This document shows positions 48,579-64,000 of a stretch of 64,000 bases of DNA, one piece after another. The stretch is from the human T2T-CHM13v2.0 reference genome, Homo sapiens. The position numbers and the translations under genes are program-made. The notes under the pieces were generated by a model. The model had not been told where the DNA came from, ran no database searches, and was given only the letters and a program-made list of their open reading frames with translations. Numbering within the stretch: the first letter of the stretch is position 1; every line of letters starts with the position of its first letter. Location of the stretch: NCBI RefSeq assembly GCF_009914755.1, contig NC_060937.1; one strand, 5' to 3'.

Positions 48579-48978
48579 CGTTATGGGTTGACTTTTGAGT
48601 CTCCCACAAAGATATGTTGGAGTCCTAACCCCCAATTCCTTAAAATGTGACCTCATTTGGAGATAGGGGCTTTGTAGATGATCAAGTTAAATGAGGTCCT
48701 TAGGGTAAGCCATAATCCAATGTGAAAAGTGTCCTTATAAAAAGGTGAAATTTGATACAGAGACAGACAGACATGTGTCCAGGGGAGACAATGTAAAGAC
48801 AGGGACAAATCATCTACACCATCAGGGAGAGAGGCCTGGACCAGACCCTTCTCTCACAGCCCTCAGGAAGGGCCTGTCGACACCTTGATTTCGTACGTCT
48901 AGCTCTGGGAATGTGACAATAAATTTCTGTTGTTTGAGCCACTCAATTTGTTACACCATTCCCTTCAAGACTAATACA
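48579..48978 (+). mobile_element. MLT1B-like solo LTR
   Basis: gttatgggttga..gactaataca; TSD-like aatag/tatag. Confidence 0.8.
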
Positions 48979-49509
48979 TATAGTATTTGCATTCTTCTGG
49001 AATATGTTATGGCTTCATAAACATACATAAATATAGACATGATTTCAAGGGATCAAATTATGCATAATAACATTATAGTATCAATTTTCCTTTCGTATGA
49101 TGCAGTCCTTTGTGGAAGGACATGTGAATGGTTTCTCTAAACTGTGACCTCCTCAAGGGCAGCTCTGCATCTCCATGGCCAGCATTATGTAACACTGTGG
49201 TTCCAGCCTCAGGAGCAGAAGCAGGGAAGGGTGGTGGCTTGGAGCTCTGGTGATGGAAGGAGGGCTCCCTTCTGTATGTGCAAGCCCAGGGCTTTTTTGG
49301 TGGGAAGCATGGTCTCAAAGGGAGTGGAGTGACCACCTGGAGAAATAAGAGATGGACTGTTACATATTGCAGATTGACAAAGAAGGCCATACTGGTTTTA
49401 TGTAATTTTCTCTCTCTTTCCACAATTAATATACAGCTGTTTTTGGCAACAGCTTTATTGATATCTAATTTACATACCATATATTTTACTTGCTTAACGA
49501 CTACAATTT

Positions 49510-49819
49510 GGCCAGGTGTGGTGGCTCACGCCTGTAATCCCAGCACTTTGGAAGCAGAGGTGGGCGGATCGCTTGAGCCGAGGAGCTCCAGACCAGCCTG
49601 GGCAGCATGGCAAAACTGTCTCTACAAAAAATATAAAAATTAGCCAAATATGGTGGTGGTGTGCACATGTAGTCCCAGCTACTTGAGAGGCTGAGGTGGC
49701 AGGATCACTTAAACCCAGAAGGTCGAGGCTATGGTAAGGTGTAATCATACCATTGCACTTTAGCCTAGGCAACAGAGTGAGACCCTGTCTCAAAAAAAAA
49801 AAAAAAGAAAAAGAAAAAA
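49510..49819 (+). mobile_element. AluJ
   Basis: Full dimer. Confidence 0.93.
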
Positions 49820-49972
49820 GAGCACAATTCCATGGTTTTTAGTATTAATATAGTCACAGAGTTGTGCAACCATCACCACAATTTTAGAATATTTGCATCA
49901 CAGCAGAAAGAAATCCATACCCATTTCCAATCACCTCTCATTTCCAATCTCCCTAGCCCTGGGAAACCACTA

Positions 49973-50275
49973 ATTTTTTTTTTTTTTTTTTGAGATGGAG
50001 TCTCACTCTGTCGCCCAGGCTGGAGTGCAGTGGCACCATCTTGGCTCACTGAAACCTCCATCTCCTGGGCTCCAGTGATTCTGCTGTCTCAGCCTCCCTA
50101 GTAGCTGGGATTACAGGCATGCACCACCACACCAGGCTAATTTGTTTGTATTTTTAGTAGAGATGGGGTTTCACCATGTTGGCCAGGCTGGTCTCAAACT
50201 CCTGACCTCAAGTGATCCACCTGCCTTGGCCCCTCAAAGTGCCGGGATTACAGGTGGGAGACACTGCACCCGGCC
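49973..50275 (-). mobile_element. AluS
   Basis: Antisense; TSD gaaac(c/a)actaat. Confidence 0.95.
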
Positions 50276-50951
50276 AGAAACAACTAATCTATTATTTGTT
50301 TCTATAGATTTGTCTGTTTGGGACATTTCATGTAACTAGAATCATACAGAATGTGGTTCTTTGCGATTGGCTTCTTTCAGGCAGCATGATGTTTTCAAGG
50401 TCCATCCATGTGGTAGCAGGTATCAGTGCTTCATTTCTTTTTACTGCCAAAAAATATTAAATTGACTTGTATACACCACACTTTATTTATCCATTCACCT
50501 TTGAATTGTTTCAAAGTTTTGACTATCATGAATAATGTTGTCATGTACATTTCATATACAAGTTTCTGTGTGGACATATGTTTTTATTTCTCTTGGGTGC
50601 ATACTTAGGAGTAGAATTGCTGGCTCATATGTTAACTCTTTGTTAACATACAGAAACTGTCAGACTGTGTTTTCAAAACAGTGCACCATTTTGTATTCCT
50701 ACCATTAGTGTATGAGGGTTCTACTTTTTCCATATCCTCACCAACAATTGTTATTATCTGCCTTTTTGATTATAACCAACGTAGTGAGTGTGAAGTGGTA
50801 TTTCATTGTGGTTTTGATTTGTGTTTCTCTGATGGCTAATTCTATAACATTTTATAATCAGAATAAAATAAGTTCTATTCTAAAAAATAGCAACGACAGC
50901 AATTCTTCTTTAGGTAAGACATTGTCTGTGTTCCAGTTTTCTCTGACAATC

Positions 50952-51701
<750 letters not shown>

Positions 51702-51706
51702 GATTT

Positions 51707-51724
51707 TGGTTCCCTGACCAGGAA
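51707..51724 (+). other. Primer binding site complementary to tRNA-Glu 3' end
   Basis: TGGTTCCCTGACCAGGAA vs expected TGGTTCCCTGACCGGGAA (one CpG-type change), 5 nt after the LTR. Confidence 0.85.
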
Positions 51725-52064
51725 CACATTGCTCATGGTTTGGCTGCTGCAGGCCAGGAATCTCAGAAGCCATCCTAAGCAGCTGCCCACCCAATTTTGT
51801 CTGGAGGTGAGTTTTGGTCTCCCTCTGGCCCTGCTGCTGACCCCAACTGTGTTCCTGATTGCCTAGAAAGAGCATCCTTTGAAATTTGACATCTGCATCC
51901 ACATGGGATAGTGTCCTTTGTGGGTCCTGATAGCAGGATCTGCTCCTCTCAATTTGGGAAATATTTATAGAAATTTCCATTTGCAGGTTGAACAAGCCCA
52001 ACTGACTTGAGAGAAGCACCCTGACTGTTTCAGTGTAGACATTCTTGGGGGCTTGTTTGTAATT

Positions 52065-52110
52065 GTGTGTTTTGTGTGTGTGTGTGTGTGTGTGTGTACG
52101 TGTGTGTGTC
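52065..52110. repeat. (TG)n microsatellite
   Basis: Direct read. Confidence 0.9.
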
Positions 52111-52339
52111 CAGGCAAGTGAGTGTCTTGCAGGTACCACACAGCAGGATTGGATCCTCTCAATTTGAAAAATTTCAAAGGAATTTTATTTGCAGGTTGAT
52201 CAAGCCCAACCAATAGAGAGAGGAAGCACCCCAAATGTTTCAGCTTGGACACTCTTGGGGCTTGTTTATTGCTGTAGCATTTGAATTGTGTTTTGGTGAT
52301 TGTGTGTGTGCCATGGGAAATCAGAATTCAATAAACTGA

Positions 52340-53078
<739 letters not shown>

Positions 53079-53771
53079 TTGGGCCTGGTTATCATGCGAT
53101 GTTCTCCCATGGTGCTGTTTGGCTTCAGTGTTCTTTGGAGTCTGGAGAGGTTTGGCCTTTAAAAAACAAATTGCCATGGAAACTGCTTTACCCACAATTT
53201 TGGTTCACAGCCTTCACTGGATTGCCTATCCAGTCAAACAAAGTGTAGCCACATAAACTGGTGATTTGTACTGCTATCTTATGGCTACAGTTCAAAGGCA
53301 AAGGCTATTGTATCTTTGTTTATATATGTGTGTATACATGTCTATATATGTTTATGTATGTACGTTATATGTTGTGTCTACCAAATTGGCTTATAAATAC
53401 AAAAAACTCATATATTAAGTCCAAAGTCTTTTTCAAGTTCACAAGACTTACATAAACCTTTAATAAAGAAGCTGGCTTTAAAATTACTGATAAAATAAAA
53501 GTAGAAGGGTCTTCAGAATTGTCAGCATACATTTTTGTCTAGGTTTTATATTTGTCTCTGCTAGATGTTTTGAGGTGTCAGGGTTTGGCACAGAAGGTTA
53601 TAAAACTGAACCCAGCTGGAATAAACAAAATAATCTTCGTTTGTGTGCCTTCTTTGACAAAAGAGATCAATTTAATGTTGTTAGCTGAATCTTCTGAGTT
53701 ATTGGCAAAAAATACTTATGTATTTAACTTTAAGTTTCTTACTTAGATCCTGGCTATTTAAAAAAATGGTT

Positions 53772-54056
53772 AGCTGGATGCGGTGGCTTACACTTGTAAT
53801 CCTAGCACTTTGGGAGGCTGAGGTGGGCAGATCACGAGGTCAGGAGTTCGAGACCAGCCTGGCCAACACAGTGAAGCCCCATCTTTAAAAAAAAAATACA
53901 AAAATTAGCTGGGCATGGTGGCAGTGGCCTGTAATCCCAGATACTTGGGAGGCTGAGGCAGGAGAATCACTTAAACCCAGGAGGTGGAGGTTGCACTTCA
54001 GCCTGGGTGACAGAGCTAGACTCTATCTCAAAAAAATAAAAATAAAAAATAAAAAA
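53772..54056 (+). mobile_element. AluSg-like
   Basis: Dimer with small deletion. Confidence 0.92.
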
Positions 54057-54872
54057 TGGAAATTACTTTGATTGATGACTAGTTGTGTCTTATATCTCAG
54101 TTTTCAGAAGTAATCTAGATGAACTTAAAAAATGAAATGATTGAGTACATGTAAATGGGATACATGTTATAGGTAAACATTTTGTATAATTTAAAATCTT
54201 AAAATTATTTTTGATGCTTATTGGATATCTGATTCATTTCCAATTAATAAATGGTTATGATATGGGAAAAAATAATTTTACAAATTGTGGATTAGTTCTC
54301 ATCTATCAAATGCTGATATCTGATAAGCAGCTCAGGACTTCCTACTTCCTAGGTTTTTTCACTAAAATTTAAGGTTACTAAGAATAAGAATTCTAGTTAA
54401 TATATAATTCTGTATATAAAGTGTGCCAAAAAAGATGTGTTTTTATTGAGAAAAAGAATCATTTTGTCTGGTTCAGAAGTTATCTAAAGGTTAATTCAAA
54501 TTATGGGTTTGAAAATGTTATTTATGAAACAAGGTAGAAAGTAACCAGTAAGTACAGAAGAGAGATGTGAACAAAGTTATGGATATGAAGATGTATTTTT
54601 GGTATAGGTTCTAAAGAAAAGATTCCAAAGAAAATAGAATAATTATGTATGAAAAAGGATCTTGTATGGCAAATTTTTGTCCTAAAGTAAAATGACTGGT
54701 TATTTAAAAAAAAAACAAAAAAACAAAACAGAAAGAAAAAGGGAAAATGTAGAACAAAACAGAAAGTCCAAGCATGTCACAGATGGTCTGTGTAAGTCAT
54801 ACGTTGTCTGTGTGTCTCTCTTCATGCAAATATTCTTTAAAACCTGATAGAAAATTGGAGAAATTTGGCTAA

Positions 54873-55404
<532 letters not shown>

Positions 55405-55830
55405 TAAAGTGAATTTCCTAATTGCACAAAATGTATGGTAGTATTGGTGGCCTTAAAGACATTAAATTGCATATCAGGAAGAAAATATTCGTCATGCGAT
55501 TTTTTTTTCTTTTTTTTTTTTGGCTCTGAGAAACACTGTAGCCTCCAAGGTAAACTGAGTATAAGAAAAATTTTGGGTTGGTTTCCTGTTTATTTCTTTT
55601 GCTTCTAATTTTTATTTGCTGTTTGTTTGCTTTTGGGTTTTACTTATACATACATATATATAAAATGATTGACTTTTTAAAATTCTAGTGGAAGGCTTTT
55701 ATTTGGTTCTATGAACAATCATTTTGTTTCCTATGCATTTCCAGCAATTCACCATTTGCCCTGTTTATCCTAAGCTACCTTTGTCAAGCCTCCAAAAATT
55801 GATAGAGGATACTAGCCATTTAAAATTTGA

Positions 55831-56075
55831 GGCCAGTCCAGCACAGCACAGCGCGGCCCGCAGGAGCCTGGCCTGAACATGTGCCCACCAGACCTCCAAA
55901 CTTGAGCCACCATCTCTGCCCATCCCTAGGGAGCCTAAGCCCCTGCAGCACCCCTCCCACCTGTCTCCAGCCATGGGTGATGTTGATGCTGCTGTTTTGG
56001 AGACAACACTCTAAGCATGTGTGCTTCCAATTGTGAGTCTGTGAACTCTGTAAAGAGACAGAAAATCGATTCCCA
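55831..56075 (+). other. Non-L1, GC-rich 5' extension co-inserted with the L1 (candidate 5' transduction)
   Basis: Lies between an L1 EN-type site ttt/aaaatttga and the L1 start; contains Kozak-like GCCATGG at 55970-55976. Confidence 0.55.
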
Positions 56076-57399
56076 GGCAAGATGGGCGAATAGGAACAGC
56101 TCTGGTCTGCAGTTCCCAACGAGACCAACATGGAAGGTGGGTGATTCCTGCATTTCCAACTGAGGTACTCAGCTCATCTCACTGGGACTGGTTAGAACGT
56201 GGGAGCAGCCCATGGAGGGCAAGCAGAATCAGGGTGAGGTATTTCCTCACCCAGAAAGTGCAAGGGGTTGGGGAACTCCCTCCCATAGCCAAGGGAAGCT
56301 GTGAGTGAGGGATGGTGTTACTTGGCCCAGATACTATGCTTTTCCCACTCTCTTCACAACTCACAGACCAGGAGATTCCCTTGGGTACCTACACCACCAG
56401 GGCCCTGGGTTTCAAGCACAAAACTGGGTGGCCATTTGGGCAGACACTGAGCTAGCTGCAGGAGTTTTGTTTCGTATCCCAATGGTGTGTGGAATGCCAG
56501 TGAGACAGAACTGTTCACTCCCCTGAAGAGGGGGCTGAAGCCAGGAAGCTGAGTGGTCTTGCTCAGCGGATCTCACCCTCACAGAGCCCAACAAGCTAAG
56601 ATCCACTGGCTTGAAATTCTTGCTGCCAGCACAGCAGTCTGAAGTCGACCTGGGATGCTCGAGCTTGGTGGGGGTAGGGATGTCCACCATTATTGAAGCT
56701 CGAGTAGGTGGTTTTCCCCTCACAGTGTAAACAAAGCCTCCAGGAAGTTTGGACTGGGCAGAGCCCACCACAATGCCACAAAGTCACTGTAGCCAGACTG
56801 CCTCTATAGATTCCTCATCTCTGGGCAGGGCATCTCTGAAAGAAATGCCGCAGCCTTAGTCAGGGGCTTATAGATAAAATCCCCATCTCCCTGGGACAGA
56901 GCACCTGGGGGAAGGGGCAGCTGTGCGTGCAGCTTCAGCAGACTTAAATGTTCCTGCCTGCCAGCTCTGAAAAAAGCAGCAGATCACTTGACACAGTGCT
57001 CAAGCTCCTGCTGAGGGACAGACTGCCTCCTCAAGTGAGTCCCTGACCCCCGTGCTTCTTGATGGGGGGACACCTCCCAGCAGGGGTTGAGAGACACCTC
57101 ATACAGGAGAGCTCTGGCTGCCATCTGGCAGGTGCCCCTCTGGGACAAAGCTTCCAGAGGCAGAAGCAGGCAGCAATCTTTGCTGTTTTGCAGCCTCCGC
57201 TGGTGATACTCAGGCAAACAGGGTCTGGAGTGGACCTCCGGCAAACTCCAAAAAACCTGCAGAAGAGGGGCCTGACTGTTAGAAGGAAAACTAATAAAGA
57301 GAAAGCAATAGCATCAACATCAACAAAAAGGATGACCACACAAAAACCCCATCCAAAGGTCACCAACATCAAAGACGAAAGGTAGATAAATCCGTGAAG

Positions 57400-58755
<1,356 letters not shown>

Positions 58756-58818
58756 AGGCCATCAACACTGTGAAGAAACTGCATCAACTAATGGGCAAAA
58801 TAACAAGCTGGCAACATA

Positions 58819-62606
<3,788 letters not shown>

Positions 62607-63001
62607 ACAGTAAGAACATATAGGGACAGGGAGGAGATTTTCACACACTGGGGCCTGTTGGGGCATGGGGGGCAAGGGGAGGGAAAGCATTAGGGGAAAT
62701 ACCTAATGTAGATGATGGGTTGATGGGTATAGCAAGCCACCACGGCACATGTATACCTATGTAACAAACCTGCATATTCTGCACATGTATCCCAGAATTT
62801 AAAGTATAAAAACATTTTTTTGATTGGCTTTGCTGATGATCTTGAGATCTATGAGAGCCTTAAGTTTCTTGGCAAATAAATAAATAAATAAAAGACATTT
62901 TTTATAAGGTTTGAACAGATAGTACATTTATTTTGTTGTTTGAAAAGATAGGTGAGAATTAAAATGTTTAAATGGTGTTTATTTCCAAGGTGATTCTTTT
63001 C

Positions 63002-63342
<341 letters not shown>

Positions 63343-63515
63343 TGAAATCAATAATTTGAGTTGGTTTCAGATCTTTTTCTTTAATGAGGAAAAACTGTGA
63401 TATGGGTACAAAATTTTAATGCTCAGGAAAAATTGGCCTTGTCCTTACGGAAATTATATTGATTGAGATTTCTTTCAAACTACTTTAATTGTGTTTACTA
63501 TTATTAACATTAAGT

Positions 63516-63806
63516 GCCGGGCGCGGTGGCTCACGCCTGTAATCCCAGCACTTCGGGAGGCCCAGGCCGGCGGATCATGAGGTCAGGAAATCGAGACCAT
63601 CCTGGCTGACACGGTGAAACCCTGTCTCTACTAAAAATACAAAAAATTAGTCGGGCGTGGTAGCAGGTGCCGGTAGTCACAGCTACTCGGGAGGCTGAGG
63701 CAGAATGGCGTTAACCCGGGAGGCGGAGCTTGCAGTGAGCCGAGATGGCGCCACTGCACTCCAGCCTGGGTGACAGAGCAAGACCTCATCTCAAAAAAAA
63801 AAAAAA
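63516..63806 (+). mobile_element. AluY
   Basis: CpG-rich dimer with A tail. Confidence 0.95.
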
Positions 63807-64000
63807 TTGACATTGGCTTGGATTAAATAGTAACAACAACAAGTATGAGACTTCCTAGTGATTTTTGATCCCAATGTGTTTATCACTGATGGGCCTTCAT
63901 GTGTGTACTTGAAAACAAAATACATACAAGTGTTGCACTGGTTTGAAAATTTTAGTGGTGAAAGTCACCTAGTCAGTTGACAGTACTGTATCTAGAAACC

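Larger units (their letters stand above)
49430..50845 (-). mobile_element. L1MB-like 3' region, Alu-interrupted
   Basis: aacagctttattga..gagtagaattgctgg..cattgtggttttgatttg. Confidence 0.8.

Overview
Primate (human-like) genomic DNA that is almost entirely interspersed repeats; I cannot support any host protein-coding exon, and the ORF track is mostly Alu/L1 translation noise. Main contents: about 55 Alu/FLAM/FRAM copies; a decayed class I ERV with gag, integrase and env remnants and a MER66-like 3' LTR (1-6082); several solo LTRs (MER31, THE1, MST, MER4A1, MLT1, LTR22, MER11 fragment); MER5/MER96 DNA transposons; old L1M/L2/MIR fragments; a small CpG-rich island with a strong CTCF motif (~25.0-25.25 kb); and a second MER4-group provirus (LTR47-like LTR, tRNA-Glu PBS, 50952 to window end) carrying a full-length dead L1PA7-like element. 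Best leads: a ~245-bp GC-rich, mRNA-like segment fused to the L1 5' end inside the apparent TSD; a local A-to-G cluster in the first ERV resembling fossil ADAR editing; and a TSD-flanked tRNA-Ile 5' half with a GAT anticodon. Family names come from recalled consensus sequences and need RepeatMasker/Dfam confirmation; boundaries are approximate.
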